Source: Parcubacteria group bacterium GW2011_GWB1_42_6
GTDB lineage: Bacteria > Patescibacteriota > Minisyncoccia > Portnoybacterales > GWB1-42-6
Reading direction: 5' to 3'
Length of the DNA stretch: 64,000 bases
Assembly (NCBI GenBank): GCA_000997475.1
Contig: LCEC01000001.1
Coordinates: 375 to 64,374 of the forward strand
Shown: one piece after another, positions 1-9,986 of the stretch
Layout of the letters: every line of letters starts with the position of its first letter
Numbering within the stretch: the stretch's first letter is position 1
Position numbers and translations under genes: made by a program
The notes under the pieces: model-generated
What the model saw: the letters and a program-made list of their open reading frames with translations, nothing else
Told to the model about the DNA's origin: nothing
The model's database searches: none

Positions 1-1
1 C

Positions 2-775
2 GTGATGCAGTCCGCTTTCGGGCAAACTTCCTCTTCGCTTTACTTCCAGCGCTTTGTCAAACACATTGAAGAAATTCTGACCGCGCCGCTTTCGTATTTG
101 GAGATGATTATCGGATATGTGGTGGCCGGAATTTTGCGGGGGCTTAAAGATGTTTTGCCCGAAATCGATGTTTTTGGAATCGAGCCGTCCATTGAAGAAT
201 CCGATTTTGCCAATCAAAAAGGCGTGAAAACCGAGACGACGCTTTTTGAAAATTTCAACGCCAAAAAATCGCGCCGGTTCGCGGCGATTTTTTGTATCCA
301 GAGCTTGAATCATTTGCTTGATCCCAAAAAGTTTTTCGATTGGTGCTTTGAAAATCTCGAGCCGGAGGGTTGTTTGGTTTTGGCGGTAAAAAATTTCCGC
401 GGCCAATGCCGCCGAGCCGGTTCCGTTTGGCGGGCCGCGCAAGTTGACCATCCTTTTATGTTTGTTCCCGAAACTCTCAAACTTTTTACGGAATCGGCCG
501 GATTCGAAATAATTTATTTTGACGTTGATGAATGGAAAAGCGCCAAAGAATTGCGGCTCCAGAAAGAAAAAGGAATTTCTTGCCACCACATAAGGCTTAT
601 CGCCAGAAAGAAAAAAGAAAAAGAATCCGTTTTGAACGTAACGGGCGGAAAAAACTGTCGGTCATCGCGTTTTTGGCTTTCTCCTTTGGCGCTCAAGATA
701 TTTTATTACCCGCTTTACGCCAATAAAACAAAATTTTTAAAAAAAATTTATGGCCGGATCAAAAATGGATTTTAA
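2..775 (+). CDS. Class I SAM-dependent methyltransferase, 5' partial; first ~45 aa look like an unrelated ABC-2 permease fragment
   Basis: GIEPS, SLNHLLDP, LEPEGCLVL and H-x-F motifs of Methyltransf_23-type enzymes; the glycine-rich motif I is absent. Confidence 0.65.
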   Translation: MMQSAFGQTSSSLYFQRFVKHIEEILTAPLSYLEMIIGYVVAGILRGLKDVLPEIDVFGIEPSIEESDFANQKGVKTETTLFENFNAKKSRRFAAIFCIQSLNHLLDPKKFFDWCFENLEPEGCLVLAVKNFRGQCRRAGSVWRAAQVDHPFMFVPETLKLFTESAGFEIIYFDVDEWKSAKELRLQKEKGISCHHIRLIARKKKEKESVLNVTGGKNCRSSRFWLSPLALKIFYYPLYANKTKFLKKIYGRIKNGF

Positions 776-1832
776 TTTCAGCGGCAATCGCGTTTTTATC
801 ATCGCCGAAGCGGGCAAAAATTTCATCCAAACCCGGGAAGAAAAAACGTCCGAGGAATATTTGGCCAATGCCAAAGAATTGATCAGGCTGGCCTATGAAG
901 CCGGAGCCGACGCGGTGAAATTCCAAACCCACAATTTGGATGATGAGCAATTTGAAACGAATATAACTTCGCCCCATTTTTTAGGCAGCGATCGGTATAA
1001 TTGGATAAAACGCAATGATCGGGCGGCAACGATTGATTTTTGGAAAGAGTTAAAAGCTTTCGCGGATGAATTGGGCATAATATTTTTTTCCACTCCCATG
1101 AGCCGGGGAGCGGCCGTAAAATTGGAAGAAATCAATGTGCCGCTTTGGAAAGTCGGTTCGGGCGATATTCTTGATTTTGTGATGCTTGATTATTTGGCGC
1201 AAACGAAAAAACCGATAATTCTTTCTTCGGGGATGAGCACTTTGGAAGAAGTCGATCGGGCGGTGGAATTTTTGAAAAAAAGGGAATCCAAAATCGCGCT
1301 TTTGCATTGCGTTTCGCGTTATCCTTGTCCGCCCGACGAGCTCAATCTTAAGACTATAGAATTCTTTAAAAATCGCTACAAAGCGCCGATCGGTTTTTCG
1401 GATCACTCAATCGGCTTTGAAACGGTTTTGGCGGCCGTGGAGCTGGGAGCGGTTATAATAGAAAAGCATTTTTCATTGAGCCGCGATCTGTGGGGAGCGG
1501 ATCACAAAGTTTCCATGACTCCGGATGAATTTGAACAAATGGTCAAGGCCGCGCGCAAAACGCAGGCTTCCAAATTGACAAACTTGGGCTCAACGGATAA
1601 GCTTCTACAAGACGAAGAAGTCGTTTTCAGGCCGATTTTCCGCAAAATTTTGCGCGCCAGCCGCGATTTGAAAGAAGGGGAAATTTTGGAAAAAAACGAT
1701 ATCTACGCGATGAGGCCCCAAGAAGACGCCCAAGACGGGCTGCCTTCCGAAGATTACGAAAAAGTTTTGGGTAAAAAATTGAAAAGAGACATAAAAAAAT
1801 ACGATCCGATTTCTCGGGATGTTATTTTTTAA
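765..1832 (+). CDS. neuB: N-acetylneuraminate synthase family protein (NeuB/PseI/LegI-like) with C-terminal SAF domain
   Basis: FIIAEAG, GADAVKFQ, KVGSGD, LHCVSRYP, GFSDHS, IIEKHF motifs; ATG at 765 preferred over 750. Confidence 0.9.
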   Translation: MDFNFSGNRVFIIAEAGKNFIQTREEKTSEEYLANAKELIRLAYEAGADAVKFQTHNLDDEQFETNITSPHFLGSDRYNWIKRNDRAATIDFWKELKAFADELGIIFFSTPMSRGAAVKLEEINVPLWKVGSGDILDFVMLDYLAQTKKPIILSSGMSTLEEVDRAVEFLKKRESKIALLHCVSRYPCPPDELNLKTIEFFKNRYKAPIGFSDHSIGFETVLAAVELGAVIIEKHFSLSRDLWGADHKVSMTPDEFEQMVKAARKTQASKLTNLGSTDKLLQDEEVVFRPIFRKILRASRDLKEGEILEKNDIYAMRPQEDAQDGLPSEDYEKVLGKKLKRDIKKYDPISRDVIF

Positions 1833-1836
1833 TATT

Positions 1837-3068
1837 ATGGAACAGCCAAAAAGAAAAAAAATATTGATTCCCATTTTAAACCGCGCCCACTACGGGCGTT
1901 TAAGGTCGGTTTTGAAAGCTGTCAACGACCATCCAAAACTCGAGCTGATGATTCTGGTCGCTTCTCCGCTGGCTTATAGCAGTTTTTTTTTAAATCTCAA
2001 ACACAGCCGGCCGGCTTTGAAAGGGCAGGCTTTGCGTTGGTATTTAAAAGCTCGTTTTCTCTCTTGGGCGGGAAAATTGAATCCCCGATTTTTAATCAAT
2101 AAAGATTTTTTGATAAAAAGCATTCTTGACGACGGGTTTCCCATTTACAGCCGCGTCCCTTTTTTCATAGACGGCGGATCATCCGTTTCCATGGCCAAAT
2201 CGGTCGGTTTCGGACTAATAAAACTGGCCGATGAATTTAACAGGCTGAAGCCCGATGCGGTTTTCGTGAATGCCGACAGATTTGAAATGATGGCGGTGGC
2301 GTTGGCGGAGCCGGTGACGTGAGCGGAACGATTGACGAAAGCGTCAGGCACGCCATTACGAAACTCGCTCAAATCCATTTCACTTCAACCCAAGCCAGCC
2401 GCAACCGCGTCATTCAAATGGGTGAAAACCCCCAAACCGTTTTCGCGGTCGGTTCGCCCTCAATCGATATAGTCAAAAATCTCGATTTGGACGCGCTTCC
2501 CAAAATTTTGCCGCCGGGTTTTCAAATCAAAGACCCCTATCTTTTGGTGGTTTTCCATCCGGTGGCTACGGAAAGTTCGCAAAAAAATATTGCTTTGACC
2601 GAAAATATTTTGAAAGCGGTTGAAAATATGGCGATGCCCGCTATTTTTTTGGGATCCAATATTGACGGCGGTTCCAAAGAAGTCGGTTTAATGGTGAAAA
2701 AATTTCTTTCCAAAAACTTGCCCTTCGTTCATTTTTACAAAACTTTGCCCCCGGATGATTTTTATCGTTTTTTGGCGGGCGCTTCCTGCGCCCTGGGCAA
2801 TTCGTCGAGCTTTATCAGGGAAGGCGCTTTTTTTGGCGCGCCGGCGGTTATTGTCGGATCGCGCCAGCAAAAAAGGGAGCGAGGAGAAAATATAAAAGAA
2901 GCCGGTTGCAAAGCCCAAGAAATAGAGAGAGCCGTGAAAGATCAGATCGCCCACGGACGCTTTGCTTCAAGTCTAATATTTGGTTCGGGGAAAGCCGGCG
3001 AACAAATCGCTCAAATTTTGGCCGAGACAAATCCTCCAATTCAGAAAACTTTTTTTGATCGGAGTTGA
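1837..3068 (+). pseudogene. neuC: Hydrolysing UDP-N-acetylglucosamine 2-epimerase (NeuC/LegG-like), split by a deletion plus frameshift near 2308
   Basis: N-half has NRAHYG and ADRFEM; C-half has GDVSGTIDESVRHAITKLA, FHPV and GNSSS; the usual A-Y-x-N-I-P-I-A-H-x-E segment is missing at the junction. Confidence 0.8.
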
Positions 3069-3117
3069 AATTCGCCTCATCCCCGGAGTTATTCGTAATT
3101 AACAGGAGAGAAGAAAC

Positions 3118-4572
3118 ATGAAAATTTTTTTAATCGGTTTTTCCAATGATATTTTCCGGGGCGTTGCCGAACAATTGGCCAAAGAACCGGATTTTGAAAT
3201 CGCTTATTGGACTTGCCGTTTTCCCGAAAAAGTTGACAGAACCAAGTTTCCCGAAGCGGTTATCCATTTTTCGGAAGACGCCATCAAGGGGATTCCGGCC
3301 CGCGATTTTAATGTTTTTGATTTTGAGCCTCTTGGCGAAGAATTGGCGGGCCAAATGTACGAATGCGAATCCCATGCCCTTACCATGATGAATCGAATGC
3401 ATTTTTCTTCTTCTTTGGGTGTTGATCAGCGAAAAAGAATATATTACGGCTATTTAAAATATTGGAACGGCATTTTGAAAAAATTTCAACCCGAAGCGAT
3501 TGTTTTTTCAACGATTCCCCATATGGGCTATGATTATGTTTTATACTGCTTGGCCAAAAATTTCGGCGTTAAAACTTTAATGTTTGATTTGACCAGAATT
3601 CCCGACAGGATTGTTCTGATGGATGATTTTAAAAAAGGGTTTCTTCCGTTAAAAAAATATTTGGCGGAAATGAAAAAAGACGTGAATTTGGCCGATCTGG
3701 ATGAAAAATTGCGAAATTATTATTCTCTTATGTCGGATAAAGAAAAAATTTATTATCCTCTTAATATCCCGACAGGATGGGAAAAGGCTTTAAAGAATAA
3801 AAGACGCGTAGTTCCTTCCGTTAAAATTAGATCTATTTTACGGGCCATAAAAAATAAAAATCTCGAAGAAAAATTGTTTGTCTTTCTTAATATTCTAAAA
3901 AGAAGAATATCGGTAAAAAAAATGGAAGAAGAATATTCGCGGCTGCAATTAAAACCCGATTTGAATAAAAAATTCATCTATTTTCCATTGCACGTCCAAC
4001 CTGAATGCACCACGTCTCCCTTGGGCGGAATTTTCGCCGATCAATTGCTCGTCGTTGAAATGTTGGCAAAAGCGCTGCCCGAGGATTGGCTGATTTATGT
4101 TAAGGAGCACAAATTTCAGCTGGTTAGAACGGCCGGGGGATACGCCAGATTCCCAAATTATTACAAATTTTTGACAAACCTCAAGAATGTCAATCTGGCG
4201 CCTATGAATTTTTCGAGCAATGAATTGATTTTAAAATCGCAGGCGGTAGCCACCATCACCGGCAGCGCCGGCTGGGAAGCTCTTTTTAGAGAGAAACCGG
4301 TTTTGGCGTTTGGTTATCCGGTTTATCAATTTTGCGACGGCGTTTTCCGCGTTTCAAACTTTAAAGAATGCCAAGAAGCGATTTTGGCCATTGTTAAAGG
4401 ATTCGCGCCTGACAAGCAAAAGGTGCTGAATTTTTTATCCGCTCTTAACGGAAGCGCGATAAAAGCCAATTTGAACTGCGGAGATTCCAAGGAAATTCGT
4501 CTTTCCGAAGACGCGAACATAAAAAATATTTCCGAAGCGATTCATAATCATTTATTTAAAAATCATGTTTAA
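3118..4572 (+). CDS. Capsular polysaccharide biosynthesis protein (KpsS/Capsule_synth-like), candidate nonulosonate transferase
   Basis: YFPLHVQPE, IYVKEH, ATITGSAGWEA, KPVLAFG motifs; cluster context. Confidence 0.7.
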   Translation: MKIFLIGFSNDIFRGVAEQLAKEPDFEIAYWTCRFPEKVDRTKFPEAVIHFSEDAIKGIPARDFNVFDFEPLGEELAGQMYECESHALTMMNRMHFSSSLGVDQRKRIYYGYLKYWNGILKKFQPEAIVFSTIPHMGYDYVLYCLAKNFGVKTLMFDLTRIPDRIVLMDDFKKGFLPLKKYLAEMKKDVNLADLDEKLRNYYSLMSDKEKIYYPLNIPTGWEKALKNKRRVVPSVKIRSILRAIKNKNLEEKLFVFLNILKRRISVKKMEEEYSRLQLKPDLNKKFIYFPLHVQPECTTSPLGGIFADQLLVVEMLAKALPEDWLIYVKEHKFQLVRTAGGYARFPNYYKFLTNLKNVNLAPMNFSSNELILKSQAVATITGSAGWEALFREKPVLAFGYPVYQFCDGVFRVSNFKECQEAILAIVKGFAPDKQKVLNFLSALNGSAIKANLNCGDSKEIRLSEDANIKNISEAIHNHLFKNHV

Positions 4573-5578
4573 AAAAAATTCTGTTTTTATTATCGCCGAG
4601 GCGGGAATCAACCATAACGGTGATTTGGAAACCGCCGAGAAAATGGTTTTGGCCGCCAAAAAATGCGGCGCTGATGCCATAAAGTTTCAGTCATTGAAAG
4701 CCGAAGAGTTGATTATCGAAGAAGCGGGCAAGGCCGAACATATAAAAGGGAAGCAAAGCTTTTTCGAGATGATAAAAAGCTGGGAACTTTCCGAGAATGA
4801 TTATAAAAAGCTGGCTGATTTTGCCAAGAAAGAAGGAATAATTTTTTTCGCTTCGGTTTTCGGAAAGCAATCGCTTAATATTATGAAAAAAGCAGGAATG
4901 CCGCTTTATAAAATCGCTTCTTGCGATCTGAATAATCATTTTTTGCTTAAAGAAGTCGCTAAAACCAGAAAGCCGGTGATTATTTCCACGGGCATGGGCG
5001 ATATTAAAGAAATAAAAGAGGCGGTTAAAATTTTGGAAAAAGGGTCAAAAAAAATAGGCATTTTGCATTGCGTTTCTTTGTATCCGCCCGAGGCCCAAGA
5101 ATTGAATTTGCAGAGAATTCAATTGTTGGAAAAAATTTTTCCAAAATACGTTATTGGCTATTCGGATCACACCCTGGATATTTTGGCGCCCGCGGCGGCT
5201 GTCGCGCTGGGAGCGAATATAATCGAAAAGCATTTTACCTTGGATAAAAATATGCCCGGTCCCGATCAGCCAAGTTCCGCCGATCCCGCGGAATTTAAGA
5301 AAATGATTGAACAAATCAGATTTCTGGAAAAGGCGATTAACCGAGCCGAGAAAAACATTTTGCCCGGAAAACGCGAAAGCGAGATGAGGAAAATTTTTCG
5401 CCGAAGCTTGGTGGCCAACGAAGAGATTGCAGGGGGTTCTATAATTACGGCGGCCAAGCTTGGAATAAAAAGACCGGGAACAGGCATTCCTGCTTCACAA
5501 ATTGAGAAGGTAATCGGCAAAAAAGCCAAAAGAAATTTAGAAAAAAACACAATTTTGAAATTTGGCGATTTAATTTAG
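4565..5578 (+). CDS. neuB: N-acetylneuraminate synthase family protein (second copy)
   Basis: IIAEAGINHNGD, GADAIKFQ, KIASCD, LHCVSLYP, GYSDHT, IIEKHFT, KRPGTGI. Confidence 0.92.
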   Translation: MFKKNSVFIIAEAGINHNGDLETAEKMVLAAKKCGADAIKFQSLKAEELIIEEAGKAEHIKGKQSFFEMIKSWELSENDYKKLADFAKKEGIIFFASVFGKQSLNIMKKAGMPLYKIASCDLNNHFLLKEVAKTRKPVIISTGMGDIKEIKEAVKILEKGSKKIGILHCVSLYPPEAQELNLQRIQLLEKIFPKYVIGYSDHTLDILAPAAAVALGANIIEKHFTLDKNMPGPDQPSSADPAEFKKMIEQIRFLEKAINRAEKNILPGKRESEMRKIFRRSLVANEEIAGGSIITAAKLGIKRPGTGIPASQIEKVIGKKAKRNLEKNTILKFGDLI

Positions 5579-5579
5579 C

Positions 5580-6554
5580 ATGCAAATCGACGCGATTGGG
5601 AAAGTGAACAAAGATAATTATAAGCTGTTTCGGGACGGCAGTCTTTCGGGTTACGAAATTTATTTGGCCTCGGAAGACGATTTTGTTTTTTTGCCGGAGA
5701 TGTTGAAAGCTCTCAATATTGTTTCGGCGCATCAGCCCGGCCGGGGATTTAACTTGTGCCAAGAAGGAGAAATTGGTTGTTGGTCTTTTCAGACAATGGA
5801 AAAAATGCTGGCTGTTCTTAAGTCATGCGGCTACAAAGGGATCATAGTTATTCACGGCAATAATTTTGACGAATCGTCGCAAAATAGAGACGAATGCATG
5901 AAATTGCTGGCTGGGCGGCTGGATAAACTTAATAAAATTTCCGGCAAAATAAGAATCAGTCTGGAAACCGATGTTTTATTTTTTAATTTAATCGGGGCAA
6001 AAAGAGCTTTGCTCGCTTTGCCGGAAAATTTTAAGTTATTGACGAGTTTTATGAAATCTCCGCTTTTAATGACACTTGACTTCGAGCATATCTGGATAAC
6101 GTCGTTTTTTGCGGGATTTATCAAAGAACTGCCGGAATTTTATAAAGAATTCGATTTGATGGGCGATTCGGAAAAAGAGCTTGTCAAAAAGTCTTGGTTG
6201 AGCTATACCAAAGAGAAACTGAACGAGGCAGATCGGATAGTCGGGGAATCTCTAAAAAGATATTCAGAGACGAAAATTCCCATAATTAATTTTCATATCA
6301 ACGGCACGAATCCCGAAAAATATTGGTTCGATGAGAAAACTTTTTTGCCGCTTGAAGGCGAGCATCTTTGTTTGGGAGAGCCAGATGATAAATTGGATTA
6401 CGGTTTGATCGGCGAATATTTGCCAAGATTAACCCAGGAAGATTCGGCTAATCTTGTCATGGAAATCTGGCCTCGCGGAGCTTCCGATCGGGAATATTTT
6501 GAAAAATCTCTTGAATCGGCCGGATATCTTGAGAAAAAACTATGCCAAGCCTAA
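5580..6554 (+). CDS. Hypothetical protein, probable xylose-isomerase/AP-endonuclease-2 type TIM barrel
   Basis: ISLET, LTLDFEH, NFHING, EHL, LVMEI metal-ligand pattern; tight spacing with neighbours. Confidence 0.5.
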   Translation: MQIDAIGKVNKDNYKLFRDGSLSGYEIYLASEDDFVFLPEMLKALNIVSAHQPGRGFNLCQEGEIGCWSFQTMEKMLAVLKSCGYKGIIVIHGNNFDESSQNRDECMKLLAGRLDKLNKISGKIRISLETDVLFFNLIGAKRALLALPENFKLLTSFMKSPLLMTLDFEHIWITSFFAGFIKELPEFYKEFDLMGDSEKELVKKSWLSYTKEKLNEADRIVGESLKRYSETKIPIINFHINGTNPEKYWFDEKTFLPLEGEHLCLGEPDDKLDYGLIGEYLPRLTQEDSANLVMEIWPRGASDREYFEKSLESAGYLEKKLCQA

Positions 6555-7168
6555 AACGTAAAAAAATAATAATAATTGGAGCAAGCGAACATGGAAAAAT
6601 CGCTCTTAACATTCTTCGTTATCAGAAAAACCTCGAGTTTGCCGGTTTTTTGGACGATAATAAAATGGCGGACAAAGAAGTAATCGGAAAGGTTTTTGAC
6701 TGGCCTAAATACGCCAAATATTTTTTTCATTTGGCTATTGGCGATAATTCGATTCGCGAAAAATTCTTTAAGATTTTAAATAAAGGCAATTGCCGTTTTA
6801 TTAATTTAATTCATCCCAAAGCTTTTATTGAAAAAGACGTTGTTTTGGGAGAAAGTGTTTTTGCGGGCGCGAACGCGTATATTAATATTGGCTCCAGAAT
6901 CGGCTCCGGAACAATCATAAATAATGGTTGCAATGTGGATCACCATAATATTATAGGTGATTTTTGCCATCTGGCCCCGGGAGTGATTACCGGCGGCGGA
7001 GTCAAAATCGCCGCCGGCGTTTTTGTCGGCCTTAACAGTGCGATTCGCGACCACATTAAAATAGGCGAAAACAGCTTTATCGGCATGGGGAGCGTAATAA
7101 CGAAAAATATTGAGAAAAATCTTTTAGTTTATAATAGACTGGAAATGAAAATCAAGAAACTTTCATGA
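6542..7168 (+). CDS. neuD: NeuD/PglD-family sugar acetyltransferase
   Basis: IIGASEHG, GFLDD, AIGDN, LIHP and hexapeptide repeats. Confidence 0.85.
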   Translation: MPSLKRKKIIIIGASEHGKIALNILRYQKNLEFAGFLDDNKMADKEVIGKVFDWPKYAKYFFHLAIGDNSIREKFFKILNKGNCRFINLIHPKAFIEKDVVLGESVFAGANAYINIGSRIGSGTIINNGCNVDHHNIIGDFCHLAPGVITGGGVKIAAGVFVGLNSAIRDHIKIGENSFIGMGSVITKNIEKNLLVYNRLEMKIKKLS

Positions 7169-7186
7169 ACGATAAATAAAAAACCC

Positions 7187-7867
7187 ATGAAAAATATTTG
7201 CATTATTCCCGCCCGGGGCGGATCAAAAAGAATTCCCAAGAAGAATATTATTGATTTTCACGGCAAGCCGCTTATCGCCCACACCATTGAGGCGGCTGTC
7301 AATTCCAAGCTTTTCGGCAAGCATATTTATATCAGTTCGGATTTGGATGAAATTTTGGACGTGGCCGACAATTATTCTCAAGTTCAAAAACTCAAGCGCC
7401 CGGATGAAATTTCCGGGGATCGCGCGTCGCTCGAAGACGCCACTTTGCATCTGCTCGAATCGGTTGGAAAAGATTTTGATTATCTTTGCATGCTGATGCC
7501 CAGCTGTCCTTTGCGCAACGCGGAAGACGTCAAAAAGTCGTATAAAATTTTATTGGAGAAAAAAGGCGATTTTCTTATGAGTGTTATTGATTATTATTGG
7601 CTTTATCCTTTTTGGGCCATGCGGGAGAAAAAAGAAAACATTAAAATGTTTTTTGGCAAAAAATATTTGATTGATTCCAAAAAATTACCCAAGAATATTT
7701 ATTGCCCGTCGGGAGCAGTCCGCTGGGTCAGGGTGGAAAATTTTAAAAAAGAAAGAAAATACTATGGAAAAAATATCTTGAAATACGAGATACCTTTTGA
7801 GCGGGGAGCGGACATAGACAGTTTCGAAGATTTAGAACTGGCCAAAAAATTATACAAACTTTTATGA
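7187..7867 (+). CDS. neuA: Acylneuraminate cytidylyltransferase (NeuA/PseF-like)
   Basis: IIPARGGSKRIPKKN, GKPLI, DIDSFEDL. Confidence 0.9.
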   Translation: MKNICIIPARGGSKRIPKKNIIDFHGKPLIAHTIEAAVNSKLFGKHIYISSDLDEILDVADNYSQVQKLKRPDEISGDRASLEDATLHLLESVGKDFDYLCMLMPSCPLRNAEDVKKSYKILLEKKGDFLMSVIDYYWLYPFWAMREKKENIKMFFGKKYLIDSKKLPKNIYCPSGAVRWVRVENFKKERKYYGKNILKYEIPFERGADIDSFEDLELAKKLYKLL

Positions 7868-8985
7868 AAACGTATTCGATCGCCAAACCTCATATTGGCG
7901 AAAAAGAAATCAAAGCGGTTATCGAAGTTTTAAAAAGCGGCTCTTTGAGCCTGGGGCCGTATTATAAAAAATTTGAGGAAAGTTTCGCAAAAAAAATCGG
8001 CGTGAAATTCGCTTGCGCCGTTTCCAGCGGCACGGCGGGCTTGCATTTGGCAATGATCGCGGCGGGCGTCAGAGAGGGCGATGAGATAATTACTTCCCCC
8101 TTTTCTTTTATCGCTTCAGCTAATTGTATTTTATATGTTGGAGCCAGACCGGTTTTTGTTGATATTGATCCGGCCACTTGCAACATTGATCCCGAAAAGA
8201 TAGAAGAAAAAATCACCAAAAAAACCAAGGCGATTTTAGTCGCGCATATTTTCGGGCAAACCGCCGATATGGATCCGATCAGAGCTTTGGCGAAAAAATA
8301 CGATTTGAAAATAATTGAAGACGCTTGCGAATCTATTTTAGCCGAGTATAAAGGAAAGAAAGCCGGAACATTCGGGGAATCGGCCGTTTTCGCTTTTTAT
8401 CCCAACAAGCAGATGACGACGGGCGAAGGAGGAATGCTTGTGACGGATCAGGAAAAAATTTATAAAATGGCTTGCAGTTTGCGGAACCAGGGACGGTCGG
8501 AAAATATGCAATGGCTTGACCACCGACTTTTGGGATATAATTACCGGATGGATGAAATGAGCGCGGCATTGGGATTGATTCAGCTTCAAAAGATTGATTG
8601 GCTGATCGAGGAGCGCCGGAAAGTCGCCAAGCTCTATGAAAAACATCTTTTCGGACACAATGATCTGTTGCGGTTGCCGGTTGCCGTCGAAGGCAATACG
8701 CATACTTGGTTTGTTTACGCAGTCAAAATAAAAAACAAAAAGACGAACAGGAATGAAGTAATCGAAAAAATGAAAAATCGCGGCATAAGCGCAAAGCCTT
8801 ATCTTCCCTCAATTCATCTTTTTAAATTCTACCGGGAAAAATTTGGTTTTAAAAACGGCGATTTTCCGGTATCGGAAGAAATCAGCCGTTATTCCCTGGC
8901 TTTGCCTCTTTACATCGGGCTTAAAGAAAAGGACATAAAATACATTTCCGGTGAACTGGCCGGAATTTTAAAAAAAATCAAATGA
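7864..8985 (+). CDS. DegT/DnrJ/EryC1/StrS family sugar aminotransferase
   Basis: SSGTAGLH, IIEDAC, FYPNKQMTTGEGG (PLP lysine), GYNYRM. Confidence 0.92.
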   Translation: MKTYSIAKPHIGEKEIKAVIEVLKSGSLSLGPYYKKFEESFAKKIGVKFACAVSSGTAGLHLAMIAAGVREGDEIITSPFSFIASANCILYVGARPVFVDIDPATCNIDPEKIEEKITKKTKAILVAHIFGQTADMDPIRALAKKYDLKIIEDACESILAEYKGKKAGTFGESAVFAFYPNKQMTTGEGGMLVTDQEKIYKMACSLRNQGRSENMQWLDHRLLGYNYRMDEMSAALGLIQLQKIDWLIEERRKVAKLYEKHLFGHNDLLRLPVAVEGNTHTWFVYAVKIKNKKTNRNEVIEKMKNRGISAKPYLPSIHLFKFYREKFGFKNGDFPVSEEISRYSLALPLYIGLKEKDIKYISGELAGILKKIK

Positions 8986-9980
8986 CTCCGAATATATTCA
9001 AAAATAAAATAATTCTTGTGACGGGCGGAACCGGTTCAATCGGGTCTAAAATAGTGGAACGCCTCTTGGATCTTGAACCGCGCCAAATCCGGGTGCTTTC
9101 CAGGGATGAAAGCAAGCAATACGATCTGATTGAAAAATACGGCCACCCGAATAGTTTGAGAATGTTCATCGGCGACATCAGGGATCGGGAAAGATTGGAT
9201 TTGGCTTTTAAGGGTGTGGATATCGTTTTTCATGCCGCCGCTTTGAAGCATGTTCCTTTTTGCGAGTATAACCCCTTTGAGGCGGTAAAAACCAATATCG
9301 TCGGATCGCAGAATGTGATAGAAGCGGCTTTAAGGCATAATGTTTGGCGGGTGATCGGCATTTCAACGGACAAGGCGGCCAATCCCGTCAACATTTTAGG
9401 AACTTCAAAACTGATGATGGAAAAGCTTTTTATTAACGCGAACAATTATGTCGGGTCGGCTTCCACCAGATTTTCTTGCGTCAGATTCGGCAATGTCGCT
9501 TGGGCGAGGGGATCGGTTTTCCCTCTCTGGCAAAACCAGGTGAAAAAACATAAAAATATCGATGTAACCGACGGAGAAATGACCAGATTTTTAATGTCCA
9601 CCGTGGATGCGTGCGAACTTGTTTTGGATGCAACCAAATTGGCCAAGGGCGGAGAAATTTTTATTTTAAAAATGCCTTCCATAAAATTATTGGATTTGGC
9701 GGAATTGTTCATAAATAAGTATCATCCCCGGGAAAACATAAAAATCAAATTAATCGGTTTGAGACCCGGAGAAAAAAAACACGAAGATTTGCTTGATGCC
9801 AATCTGGAAAACGCCGAGATTCATGAGGGCAAAAAGATGTTTATAATCGTTCCGCAGATGGAAATTTACGGCTGGAAAGGAAAAAAAGCGGTTTATGCCG
9901 GTTTCAAGAAGATTTCAAAACAAGAAAAGTATTCTTCCGAGGATCGGATTAACAAAGAAAAAATAAAAGATATTATCTAA
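8982..9980 (+). CDS. UDP-N-acetylglucosamine 4,6-dehydratase family (PseB/CapD-like)
   Basis: TGGTGSIG, HAAALKHVP, STDKA, VRFGNV, GLRPGEK. Confidence 0.9.
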   Translation: MTPNIFKNKIILVTGGTGSIGSKIVERLLDLEPRQIRVLSRDESKQYDLIEKYGHPNSLRMFIGDIRDRERLDLAFKGVDIVFHAAALKHVPFCEYNPFEAVKTNIVGSQNVIEAALRHNVWRVIGISTDKAANPVNILGTSKLMMEKLFINANNYVGSASTRFSCVRFGNVAWARGSVFPLWQNQVKKHKNIDVTDGEMTRFLMSTVDACELVLDATKLAKGGEIFILKMPSIKLLDLAELFINKYHPRENIKIKLIGLRPGEKKHEDLLDANLENAEIHEGKKMFIIVPQMEIYGWKGKKAVYAGFKKISKQEKYSSEDRINKEKIKDII

Positions 9981-9986
9981 AAAGCG

